From NCBI GenBank assembly GCA_964469945.1, contig CAYYBU010000001.1, forward strand, positions 1-25,929: 25,929 nt of DNA. The letters run 5' to 3'. Positions 1 through 7,559 of the stretch are shown piece after piece. The first letter of the stretch is position 1. The number at the start of each line of letters is the position of its first letter. The position numbers and the translations under genes are program-made. The stretch is from an uncultured Planctomycetaceae bacterium (GTDB lineage Bacteria; Planctomycetota; Planctomycetia; Pirellulales; Thermoguttaceae). The notes under the pieces were generated by a model. It was given only the letters and a program-made list of their open reading frames with translations, ran no database searches and had not been told where the DNA came from.

Positions 1-42
1 AAGAGGAAGGTTGAAAACAGGAAACGGGCGCCCGGAAAATCT

Positions 43-311
43 CCCCTCTCCCTTCGGGAGAGGGGCCAGGGGTGAGGGCGCGACGGGGAAATCGCGGGGA
101 TAAAAACCACGTTGCACCCGGAGGAGCCGCTGTAGGGAACGCCCTCCGTGGCGTTCCGTTTTACCGGTACGCCCGGAACGCCACGGAGGCGTTCCCTACA
201 GGGTTAGCTTGCGAACCTCCTGGAATCAACGGTATAGTTTGACGCCGAGCCGTGCCGATGGTTCTTCTCCGCTTCCCCCTCACCCCGACCCTCTCCCGGA
301 GGGAGAGGGGG
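43..311. repeat. Pair of inverted CCCTCACCCC..CCCTCTCCC..GGGAGAGGG palindromic repeats (43-78 and 275-311) bracketing a second repeat
   Basis: 43-78 (cccctctcccttcgggagaggggccaggggtgaggg) is the near reverse complement of 275-311; each arm has an internal ccctctccc/gggagaggg hairpin. Confidence 0.8.
131..200. repeat. REP-like GTAG palindrome, family A (TGTAGGGAACGCCCTCCGTGGCGTTCCG ... inverted copy)
   Basis: 28-bp arms in inverted orientation (one base missing in the right arm); the same arms recur at 10741-10812 and 14072-14158. Confidence 0.9.
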
Positions 312-363
312 ACCTGAGCAAGCCGACCGCTCCCCTTCTTCCACCCCCACGTGGGGATTCTAA

Positions 364-393
364 TTGACATGGTAAAATAGGCGAAGTTATACT
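364..393 (+). promoter_or_regulatory. sigma70-type promoter TTGACA-N18-TATACT
   Basis: TTGACA at 364-369 and TATACT at 388-393 in an AT-rich patch about 70 bp upstream of ATG 465. Confidence 0.75.
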
Positions 394-464
394 TAGTTTA
401 CTGTAGTGCGGCAGTTTCAGCGAGCTCATTTTCCGCATCGGTCAGAGAAGCAGAGGCCACCCTT

Positions 465-1343
465 ATGAACCTCGTCGGCAAGATCTTTACCATCCTCATC
501 TTCGTGATGAGCCTCGTGTTCATGTCCTTTGCCGTCATGGTCTATGGGACGCATAAGAACTGGCGGCTGGTGGTCGACAATCCGCCCACGTCGGTTTCCC
601 TGGAAAAACCGCTCGGCCTTTCGCAGCAGTTGGGCGACGCGCGGAAGCTCAACCGGCAACTGACCGACGAGTACGATCGCGTGAACCGCGATCTGGCCAC
701 GCTGAAGGTCGAGAAGCAAGAGTCGCTGGCCAAGCTGGAAACCGAGAACGACCGCCTCAAGCAGGAGCGGACGGAAAACGAGACGAAGATCCGCGAGTCG
801 GAAAACAAGGCGCGCGACGCCGTGGCCGCCATGAAGGCCACGCAGGAGACGCTGGCCCATCTGCGCGACGAAGTGGCCCTGGTGCGGACGCAAATCACCA
901 AGGCGACGACCGATCGCGAGGCCAGCTTCAAGGAAGTGGTCCGCCTGACCGACGAATTGCACGGCGCCGTCGACGCCCGCACGCAGTTGAACGAGCGCAA
1001 CGTGGAGCTTTCCGCCGACTTGGCCCGGGCGCGCGAGGCCCTGCGGTACTTCAAGGTCAACGAGAAGAGCGACTACAAGGCCAAGACGCCGCCGGCCGGA
1101 TTGGAAGCGGTCGTACTGGCCGTTCCGGACAAGGGCCTGGTGGAGATTTCCCTCGGTGAAGATGATGGCCTGCGGCAGGGACACAAGCTCGAAGTGGTGC
1201 GGGTTAGCGGCGGCGCCAGCGCCTACGTCGGCCGCATCGAAGTGGTGCGCGTCACGCCCGACCGGGCCGTCTGCCGCGTGATCCCCGACATGCTCAAAAT
1301 GCCCATGCAGGTAGGTGACCGTGTCTACAGCAAGCTCGACTGA
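465..1343 (+). CDS. Membrane-anchored coiled-coil protein with C-terminal beta domain (FlgT-C-like), 292 aa
   Basis: N-terminal hydrophobic helix (IFTILIFVMSLVFMSFAVMVY), long E/K/R/A/L heptad region, C-terminal VEISLGEDDGLRQGHKLEVVR...VGDRV; host-like codon usage. Confidence 0.85.
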   Translation: MNLVGKIFTILIFVMSLVFMSFAVMVYGTHKNWRLVVDNPPTSVSLEKPLGLSQQLGDARKLNRQLTDEYDRVNRDLATLKVEKQESLAKLETENDRLKQERTENETKIRESENKARDAVAAMKATQETLAHLRDEVALVRTQITKATTDREASFKEVVRLTDELHGAVDARTQLNERNVELSADLARAREALRYFKVNEKSDYKAKTPPAGLEAVVLAVPDKGLVEISLGEDDGLRQGHKLEVVRVSGGASAYVGRIEVVRVTPDRAVCRVIPDMLKMPMQVGDRVYSKLD

Positions 1344-1566
1344 CAAAGCCGCGACCGTCTACCGTAAGCCTCGCACGAACGTCTACACGGTGCTGTTGGT
1401 GATCTCGCTGTTGGCGATCATCGTGGGCTGCGTGTTTCTCTATCTGTTCATGGCGGACTACGATTTCAAGATCAAAGGCGGTCCCACGGCGTCGCAATGG
1501 CGGCCAGCCGCCCTAGCTCAAGCGAGCACGGATGCTGCCACGCCTGTTTCAATACTTCCGCTGTGA
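1321..1566 (+). CDS. Small single-pass membrane protein (KPRTNVYTVLL motif), about 81 aa
   Basis: GTG at 1321 with AGGT SD-like site upstream (alternative GTG 1315); one TM helix VYTVLLVISLLAIIVGCVFLYLFM; overlaps both neighbours. Confidence 0.7.
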   Translation: MSTASSTDKAATVYRKPRTNVYTVLLVISLLAIIVGCVFLYLFMADYDFKIKGGPTASQWRPAALAQASTDAATPVSILPL

Positions 1567-2581
1567 CCTGGCCCTCGACCTGGGAACGGCCAACACGCTG
1601 ATCGGCGTGGCCGGCGAAGGGATCGTGGTCGATGAGCCCTCCGTGGTGGCAGTGCAGCATGGCACCGGCCGGATTCTCTCCGGCGGTTACGCGGTCGGGC
1701 ATCTGGCCCGGCAAATGGAGGGCCGCACGCCGGAATCGATCGCCGTGGTGCGGCCGCTCTGCGATGGCGTGATCGCCGATTTCCAGCTTTGCGAGGCCAT
1801 GCTGCGCTACTTTCTCCGCAAGGCGCAGCCGCCGGGCTGGCGGCTGAAGCCGCGCGTACTGGTGGGCGTGCCGGGGCGCATCACGCCGGTGGAGAAACGC
1901 GCCGTGTTCAACAGCGTTGCTCGGGCCGGCGCCCGGCAGGTGTGGCTGCTCTCCGAGGCGATGGCGGCCGCCATCGGCGCCGGCCTGCCCATTGCCGAGC
2001 CGCTGGCCAGCATGGTTTGCGACATCGGCGGCGGCACCACCGAGATCGCCATCCTCAGCCTCGCCGAGACCGTGGCCGAGCAGTCTATCCGCGTGGGCGG
2101 CGACGTCATGGACCGGGCCATCGTCGATTACCTCCGCCGCCACTACAGTCTGCGGATCGGCCTGCCGGCGGCCGAGCGGCTGCGGATCGACATCGGCAGC
2201 GCCTACCCGCTGGAGGAGGAACTGGTCGCGGAGGTCAGCGGCGTGGACACGCAGAGCGGGCTGCCGCGGAAAGCGACCATCACCAGCGAAGAGATCCGCC
2301 AGGCGCTGGCCGATCCGTTGGAAGCGATTCTGGCGGCGATCAAGACCACGTTGGATCACGGCAGCCCCGATCTGGCCGCCGACCTGATGGACCATGGCAT
2401 GGTGCTTTGCGGCGGCGGCGCGCTATTGCGCCGCCTGGACCGCTTTCTCAACGAGCAGACCGGCCTGCCGGTGCGGCTGACGCCCGAGCCGCGGGCGACG
2501 GTCGCCAAGGGGATGCTCATCTGCTTGGAACATTTTCGGCAGTGGCAACCGCTGCTGCAATCGAGCGACGACGACGTGTAG
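1532..2581 (+). CDS. mreB: MreB-family actin-like ATPase, 349 aa
   Basis: Phosphate-1 DLGTANT, EPSVVA, phosphate-2 DIGGGTTE, GGDVMDRAI, AERLRIDIGSA, adenosine GGGALL; N-terminal amphipathic MLPRLFQYF. Confidence 0.95.
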   Translation: MLPRLFQYFRCDLALDLGTANTLIGVAGEGIVVDEPSVVAVQHGTGRILSGGYAVGHLARQMEGRTPESIAVVRPLCDGVIADFQLCEAMLRYFLRKAQPPGWRLKPRVLVGVPGRITPVEKRAVFNSVARAGARQVWLLSEAMAAAIGAGLPIAEPLASMVCDIGGGTTEIAILSLAETVAEQSIRVGGDVMDRAIVDYLRRHYSLRIGLPAAERLRIDIGSAYPLEEELVAEVSGVDTQSGLPRKATITSEEIRQALADPLEAILAAIKTTLDHGSPDLAADLMDHGMVLCGGGALLRRLDRFLNEQTGLPVRLTPEPRATVAKGMLICLEHFRQWQPLLQSSDDDV

Positions 2582-2669
2582 CGGCCGCTGCGACGCGAGC
2601 CACTACAGGCCGCCGACGACTATCTCCCCGCTCCCGCGAGCAGGCGAGGGGAAATGGAAAAATCGTCTC

Positions 2670-2699
2670 TTGAAAACAGGCCAGGGCGTGTGTTAAGGT
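2670..2699 (+). promoter_or_regulatory. Putative sigma70 promoter TTGAAA-N18-TAAGGT with extended -10 TG
   Basis: TTGAAA 2670-2675, TG 2691-2692, TAAGGT 2694-2699, immediately upstream of leader motif copy 1. Confidence 0.55.
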
Positions 2700-2713
2700 C
2701 TGTGTCACAAGCG

Positions 2714-2795
2714 GGTATCCGCAGAGCCTGATTCGACAGGTATCTCCAAGAGCCCGCCGCTGGAACTGATTTCCGGCGGCGGGCTCTTTTTGTTT
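2714..2795 (+). promoter_or_regulatory. Structured leader RNA motif, copy 1 (candidate attenuator/antitermination site)
   Basis: GGTAT-ccgc-AGAGCCTG-attcga-CAGGTATCT-ccaa-GAGCCC...ctgat loop...GGGCTC-TTTTTTGTT; the same fixed elements in the same order recur at 11116-11202. Confidence 0.7.
2748..2795 (+). terminator. Intrinsic terminator upstream of the first cluster gene
   Basis: 18-bp stem aagagcccgccgctggaa/ttccggcggcgggctctt (one G-U), 5-nt loop ctgat, followed by a U-tract. Confidence 0.85.
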
Positions 2796-2848
2796 GGCAC
2801 CCAACCAAGGCGCTCGCGTTGCGCCTCGAAGCAACCGGAGAATTCACA

Positions 2849-3262
2849 ATGCTTGCACCCTTCCTGGTGGACGAAATCCGCCGCCTGCTGGCGGAAGACA
2901 AACTGAGCTATCGCAAGATCGCCCAGCGCCTGGGCGTCAACCGCGCTACGGTCGGGGCCATCGCGGCGGGGCGACGGCCCGATTACGAGCGGCTTCGCCA
3001 TGTCCGCCACGACGATCCGCTGGAACCTACCGGACCGCCCGCGCGCTGCCCGCAGTGCGGTGGCATGGTCTATCTTCCCTGCCGTTTGTGCCACCTGCGG
3101 AGCACGATGCCGCGGCCGGCCGAGCCACGACGCCGCGACAGGGTTGGAGAAATCGTGCAATTGCAGTTGAAGGAGGAACACCGCCTGCGCTACGAAGAGG
3201 TTCGTGCCCAACGGCAACGCGCTGAAATGGAAGCTTGCCTGGAACACATGAGACTGTCCTAG
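2849..3262 (+). CDS. HTH plus Zn-ribbon protein, putative transcriptional regulator, 137 aa
   Basis: ATG 2849 with GGAG SD; HTH-like LSYRKIAQRLGVNRATVGAIA; CPQCG...CRLC four-Cys motif. Confidence 0.8.
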   Translation: MLAPFLVDEIRRLLAEDKLSYRKIAQRLGVNRATVGAIAAGRRPDYERLRHVRHDDPLEPTGPPARCPQCGGMVYLPCRLCHLRSTMPRPAEPRRRDRVGEIVQLQLKEEHRLRYEEVRAQRQRAEMEACLEHMRLS

Positions 3263-3281
3263 CCGTTCACAAGGAGAAACC

Positions 3282-3369
3282 TTGTCGGGTGGGTCGAGCG
3301 GAGCGAATTCCACCCGAACGCGGGCAACTAATCCATGGTGGGGCTCGCTCCGCTCGACCCACCCGACAA
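3282..3369. repeat. REP-like palindrome, family C variant (GTCGGGTGGGTCGAGCGGAGCGA)
   Basis: ttgtcgggtgggtcgagcggagcga...tcgctccgctcgacccacccgacaa inverted arms; related to 9175-9258. Confidence 0.85.
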
Positions 3370-3393
3370 ATCACTTCTACAGGAGACTGAGCC

Positions 3394-5007
3394 ATGCAAC
3401 GCTCGAAACTCGGTGTGTCATGTCTGGAAGTCATGGTGGCGATGGTCGCCGGCGCCGCCTTCGCGCTGGGGACGGCCGGCACCTGCTGGGCATCGCTTTC
3501 GGACTGTATCGATGCCACCTGCCGCATCACGACGGCCGACGGCAGTTGCGGCACCGGTTGCGTGTTCGAGATCGATCAGGGATCGGTCTACGTGCTCACG
3601 GCCGCGCACGTGGTGGGCAACGATCCGGCGGTGCAGTGCGAGTTCTGGCGGCAAGGACACCAATCGGCGCCGCTGGCCGGCCAGGTGCTCAGCCGCTCGG
3701 AAGAGGCCGACGCGGCCATTGTCGCCGTGCCGGAAACGGCCCTGGGCGGGCTGCTGCCCAGCGTCATTCCGCTGGCCCCCCGCGACACGGTGATTCGCCC
3801 GGGAGATACGCTCACTTCGGTCGGCTGCGCCAACGGCGCCTGGTCGACCAGTTGGAAGGGTCACGCCCTGGAGGTCGAGGACGGCGACCTGCACTTCCTT
3901 CCCACGCCGGCCAATGGGCGGAGCGGCTCGGCCGTTTTCGACGCCGAGGGACAACGGATCGTGGGCGTGCTGCGGGCCCGCACCGGCGACGGCGCGGAAG
4001 GCATCGCCACGCCGATTCAAACGATCTATCGTGCCTTTGACGTGGCCCCGCAGTCGAGCAAGACCGCCGTGCCGCGGAGTGCTATGTACGCGGCCAAAGC
4101 ACTGGCAGAGCCAGTGGCACGCGACGAATGGGCAGCGCGCCTCGATATGGTGCCGGTACAGTGCGGCCCCGGCGGATGTTGCCCGCAACAGCAACAGCAG
4201 CAGCCGCAGCCTTGGCAAAACCACTTGCTGCCGTACCGTTCCCGCCACGACACGCCGAAGCCGAGCAGCCCGTGGCCGAGCCTGCCGCCGGTGGTGGTCA
4301 AGCCGGCGGTGGACATCTCGCCGCTGGACGAGAAGCTGGGCCGCATCGCCGCCATGCTGGAAGACATGAAGAAAAGCGATGTGGCCGGCGCGGCGCAGCG
4401 CGCGGCCGCCACGGCGACGCCCGGGACCGAGCCGCCCAAAGCGGCGGTCGACGAACCGGCCCGCAAGGCCGCCGAAACGGCCCTTGGCCAAGTGGCCGAG
4501 CTGCGCAACGAGTCGGAGCGGAACCTGCACGACGTGAAAACGGATGTCGCCAAGGCCAACGAAGCCGTGGGTGGATTGACCACGGCCGTGGAGCGAATCA
4601 AGGAGTCGATGGAGGAGAACGGCACCCTCTCGCAGCGCTTCCATGCCCGCGTCGACAAGGTCAAAGCCGAACTGGAAGAAAAGCTGGGACACGAGGCTTC
4701 CAACCACGAAGTGCGCATCGCCTACCTCAAGGACCTGATCCAGGACAAACTGGGCGACGGCGGTGCGATGAAGATGCTCCTCATCCCGGCCGTGCTGGTG
4801 CTGGTCGTGTGGCTGATCGCCCGCGACGTGAAGAACAAAGTCGAATTGGGCACGCCGCTGGCGGTGGAGCGGCTCGTCACGCTGGTCGAGAGCAAGTTCG
4901 GCGCGCTGCACGATCGGGTCGATGCGTTGAAGGACCGCCTGCAAAGCACCACCGCCGCGCCGGCGGCGCCGGCGGCGCCCGCCGCCGCGCCCAAGACCGG
5001 GCCGTAA
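3394..5007 (+). CDS. Trypsin-like (S1) serine protease with N-terminal export signal and C-terminal coiled coil plus TM helix, 537 aa
   Basis: AGGAG SD; catalytic motifs VLTAAHV (His), ADAAIV (Asp), NGRSGSAVF (Ser); Gln/Pro linker; TM LLIPAVLVLVVWLIA. Confidence 0.85.
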   Translation: MQRSKLGVSCLEVMVAMVAGAAFALGTAGTCWASLSDCIDATCRITTADGSCGTGCVFEIDQGSVYVLTAAHVVGNDPAVQCEFWRQGHQSAPLAGQVLSRSEEADAAIVAVPETALGGLLPSVIPLAPRDTVIRPGDTLTSVGCANGAWSTSWKGHALEVEDGDLHFLPTPANGRSGSAVFDAEGQRIVGVLRARTGDGAEGIATPIQTIYRAFDVAPQSSKTAVPRSAMYAAKALAEPVARDEWAARLDMVPVQCGPGGCCPQQQQQQPQPWQNHLLPYRSRHDTPKPSSPWPSLPPVVVKPAVDISPLDEKLGRIAAMLEDMKKSDVAGAAQRAAATATPGTEPPKAAVDEPARKAAETALGQVAELRNESERNLHDVKTDVAKANEAVGGLTTAVERIKESMEENGTLSQRFHARVDKVKAELEEKLGHEASNHEVRIAYLKDLIQDKLGDGGAMKMLLIPAVLVLVVWLIARDVKNKVELGTPLAVERLVTLVESKFGALHDRVDALKDRLQSTTAAPAAPAAPAAAPKTGP

Positions 5008-5012
5008 GCATC

Positions 5013-5068
5013 GTGTCCGGCACACGCCGTGTGCCGTTGGCCGGCCGCACACGGAGTGTGCCGGATAC
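5013..5068. repeat. Palindromic repeat family B (GTATCCGGCACACTCCGTGTGCCG ... CGGCACACGGAGTGTGCCGGATAC)
   Basis: Inverted arms with a few mismatches; further copies at 5773-5828, 17829-17883 and a half copy at 10831-10848. Confidence 0.85.
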
Positions 5069-5192
5069 TTTGACGCTCGACCATTTCCTCTTCCCCGGCG
5101 GCCGTGCTGGAAAACAGGGTGCATTGCCCGAGGGCTCCCCCGCTCCAGCCGCGCCGCCGGAAGAGGAATTTTTTCCACAAGGAGAATAGGCG

Positions 5193-5759
5193 ATGCAAAT
5201 TCGCGATCGCGTGAAGGAATTGCGGCGCGTGAAAGCCGGCCTGTTGCGGCCGCATCCGCAAAACTGGCGCATGCACCCGCAGGCGCAACAAGACGCCCTC
5301 CGCGGCGTGCTGGCGGAAATCGGCTATGCCGGCGCGCTGCTGGCCCGCGAATTGTCCGATGGCAGCCTGCAACTGCTCGACGGCCACTTGCGCGCCGAAA
5401 CGACGCCGGACATGGAAGTGCCGGTGCTGGTGGTGGACCTCGACGAGCGGGAGGCGGCCAAGCTGCTGGCCGTTCACGACCCCTTGGCGGCCATGGCGGA
5501 AGCCAACGAGCAGATGCTGGCGGAATTGCTCGCCGGCGTGGAGACCGACAGCGACGCGGTGCAAAGTCTTTTGGACCAGATGCTCGCCGACGCGGAAACG
5601 CTGCCCGAGGAATCGCCGGCCGAGGCGACGACGCCGGCGGAAATCGAGGTGCCGGAGTGTTTCCAGGTCGTCGTCGAGTGCGAGGACGAATCGCAGCAGC
5701 AAGAGGTTTACGAGCGAATGTGCCAAGAGGGGTTCAAGTGCCGTTTGTTGACGCTGTGA
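5193..5759 (+). CDS. ParB/Srx N-terminal domain protein, phage-type, 188 aa
   Basis: LRPHPQNWRMH...IGYAGALLAR...LLDGHLR is the ParB-N signature; acidic linker and short C-terminal VVVECEDE domain; AAGGAG SD. Confidence 0.85.
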   Translation: MQIRDRVKELRRVKAGLLRPHPQNWRMHPQAQQDALRGVLAEIGYAGALLARELSDGSLQLLDGHLRAETTPDMEVPVLVVDLDEREAAKLLAVHDPLAAMAEANEQMLAELLAGVETDSDAVQSLLDQMLADAETLPEESPAEATTPAEIEVPECFQVVVECEDESQQQEVYERMCQEGFKCRLLTL

Positions 5760-5772
5760 GAAGGCTTTGAAC

Positions 5773-5828
5773 GTATCCGGCACACTCCGTGTGCCGTTGG
5801 CCGGCGGCACACGGAGTGTGCCGGATAC
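5773..5828. repeat. Palindromic repeat family B
   Basis: gtatccggcacactccgtgtgccg / cggcacacggagtgtgccggatac perfect inverted arms. Confidence 0.9.
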
Positions 5829-5858
5829 ATGGAGAGGCGAGATCAAGGAGAACGTGCC

Positions 5859-7034
5859 ATGCCTTTGCTCGACGTGACCGTGGAATGCCCGGTCTTCGAT
5901 TCCTTCCGCGTCCAGCAAGTGGCGGGAATGTTCGACGTGCCGCTGTCGCAACGGGCGACGCAACGCTTCCGCGTCGAACTGCCGGCCGATCTCCGCGGCG
6001 CGGATTGGCGCGTGGGGCTGATCGTGGGGCCGTCCGGCAGCGGCAAGAGCACGATCGCCCGCAACATGTTCGGACCCAGCGTCTATCGTCCCAAGGAGTG
6101 GGCCGGCGACCGCGCCGTGATCGACGGCTTGGGGGAACATCCCATCAAGGACATCACCGGACTGTTTACGGCCGTCGGCTTCAGTTCGCCGCCCAGTTGG
6201 GTGAAGCCGTACCACGTGTTGAGCAACGGCGAGCAGTTCCGTTGCGATCTGGCCCGGGCGCTGGCCCAATGCGGCCGCGGGGAGACCGCTGAGGATCGCC
6301 GCGAAGGGGACAGTCCCAGTTTCGGCGTCGCCGCCGGAGACGCGGAACGAAACTCGGGACAGTCCCCACTGGTGGTCTTTGACGAATTCACCAGCGTCGT
6401 GGACCGCAACGTGGCCCGGGTGGTTTCGGCGGCGACCGCCAAGGCGATTCGCGGCGGCCGCATTGCCGGGCGTTTCGTGGCCGTCACCTGCCATTACGAC
6501 GTCACCGACTGGCTGCAACCCGATTGGGTCATCGACATGGCCACCGCCACTTTTACCCGGAGGTGTCTTCCACGACCGCCGATCGAGTTGGAAGTCTTTC
6601 GCAGCCGGCGCAGTGCGTGGTCGCTGTTTGCGCGCCATCACTATTTGAGCGGCGCGCTGAGCACGGCGGCACGCTGCTTCCTGGCCCTGTGGGGCGAGCG
6701 GCCGGTGGCCTTCTGCGCCACCGTGTCGCTGATCGGGCGCAAGAAGCGTTGGCGTCTGAGCCGCCTGGTCACGCTGCCCGACTACCAGGGCATCGGCATC
6801 GGCATGGCGGTGGCCGAGGCCGTGGCCGACCTGCACTTGCAGGAAGGCCACCGCTTGAACGTGACGGCCAGCCACCCGGCGCTGTTGGCGCACTGCCGCC
6901 GCTCGCCGCGCTGGCGGGCGGTGCAAGTGCGCAAGACCGGTTCGCAGATGGGGACGAACTTCGTGAAGAACTACCGCAGCTCGGCGGGCCGGGCCGTGGT
7001 CTCCTTCGAGTACCTGGGACACAAGGAGTCATAA
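5859..7034 (+). CDS. ABC-type ATPase fused to a GNAT acetyltransferase, 391 aa
   Basis: ATG 5859 with AAGGAG SD (preferred over 5829, which abuts the repeat); Walker A GPSGSGKS, signature LSNGEQFR, Walker B LVVFDEF; GNAT motif [15 protein letters not shown]. Confidence 0.9.
   Translation: MPLLDVTVECPVFDSFRVQQVAGMFDVPLSQRATQRFRVELPADLRGADWRVGLIVGPSGSGKSTIARNMFGPSVYRPKEWAGDRAVIDGLGEHPIKDITGLFTAVGFSSPPSWVKPYHVLSNGEQFRCDLARALAQCGRGETAEDRREGDSPSFGVAAGDAERNSGQSPLVVFDEFTSVVDRNVARVVSAATAKAIRGGRIAGRFVAVTCHYDVTDWLQPDWVIDMATATFTRRCLPRPPIELEVFRSRRSAWSLFARHHYLSGALSTAARCFLALWGERPVAFCATVSLIGRKKRWRLSRLVTLPDYQGIGIGMAVAEAVADLHLQEGHRLNVTASHPALLAHCRRSPRWRAVQVRKTGSQMGTNFVKNYRSSAGRAVVSFEYLGHKES
6304..6367. repeat. 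GGGACAGTCCC-type palindromic repeat inserted in frame in the ATPase gene
   Basis: aaggggacagtcccagtttc...gaaactcgggacagtcccc; encodes [22 protein letters not shown] between the ABC signature and Walker B. Confidence 0.75.
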
Positions 7035-7037
7035 GGC

Positions 7038-7559
7038 GTGGGCAAACGCGGCCGGCCTCCGGTACTCGACGAAGCGAAGCGGCGGGAGATCCTGGCGATC
7101 ATCACCGTGGGGTGCAGCCGCACCATGGCCGCCACCTACGTCGGCTGCGCGGTCAGCACGATCCAGAACACGGCCGAGCGCGATGCCATCTTCGCGGAAA
7201 AGCTGCGGCAAGCGACCTACAACACCGAGGTCGGCCTGCTGAAGAGCATTCGCAACGCGGCCCAAAAAGAGGAGTATTGGCGGGCGGCCGCCTGGGCGCT
7301 GGAACGCCGCTTCCCCGAGCGTTACGCCCGCCGCGGCGCCCACGTCATGACGCTCGACCAGATCGCGCTGCTGCTGGGCCAGCTCAGCGACATCGTGGCC
7401 GCGGAAGTGCCCGACCGCTGCCGCAAGCGGGTGCTCAAGCGGCTGGAAGACTTGACTCGGGGGCTGGGCGATTCCGCGGCGAACAACCGCCAGCGATTGG
7501 AAGACCTGACCGACGAGCTAAGCAATTTGCCAGGAAAGGCCGCCGATGAGCCGCAATGA
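7038..7559 (+). CDS. Putative terminase small subunit (HTH), 173 aa
   Basis: GKRGRPP start, HTH-like segment, WRAAAWALERRFPERY motif typical of phage TerS-like proteins; overlaps terL start. Confidence 0.7.
   Translation: MGKRGRPPVLDEAKRREILAIITVGCSRTMAATYVGCAVSTIQNTAERDAIFAEKLRQATYNTEVGLLKSIRNAAQKEEYWRAAAWALERRFPERYARRGAHVMTLDQIALLLGQLSDIVAAEVPDRCRKRVLKRLEDLTRGLGDSAANNRQRLEDLTDELSNLPGKAADEPQ

Noticed and set aside
161-370. 69-aa minus-strand ORF
   Set aside because: Made almost entirely of palindromic repeat sequence and overlaps the promoter.
2714-2795. Known riboswitch (SAM, SAH, c-di-GMP, ZTP, fluoride, purine)
   Set aside because: The conserved cores I recall for these classes are absent; left as an unassigned motif pending an Rfam search.
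2582-2848. Prophage attL/integrase at the left border (and attR near 24800-25300)
   Set aside because: No integrase ORF, no tRNA and no matching direct repeat between the two ends could be found by eye.
5070-5100. TTGACG as a -35 box for the ParB gene
   Set aside because: No acceptable -10 hexamer at 16-19 bp spacing.
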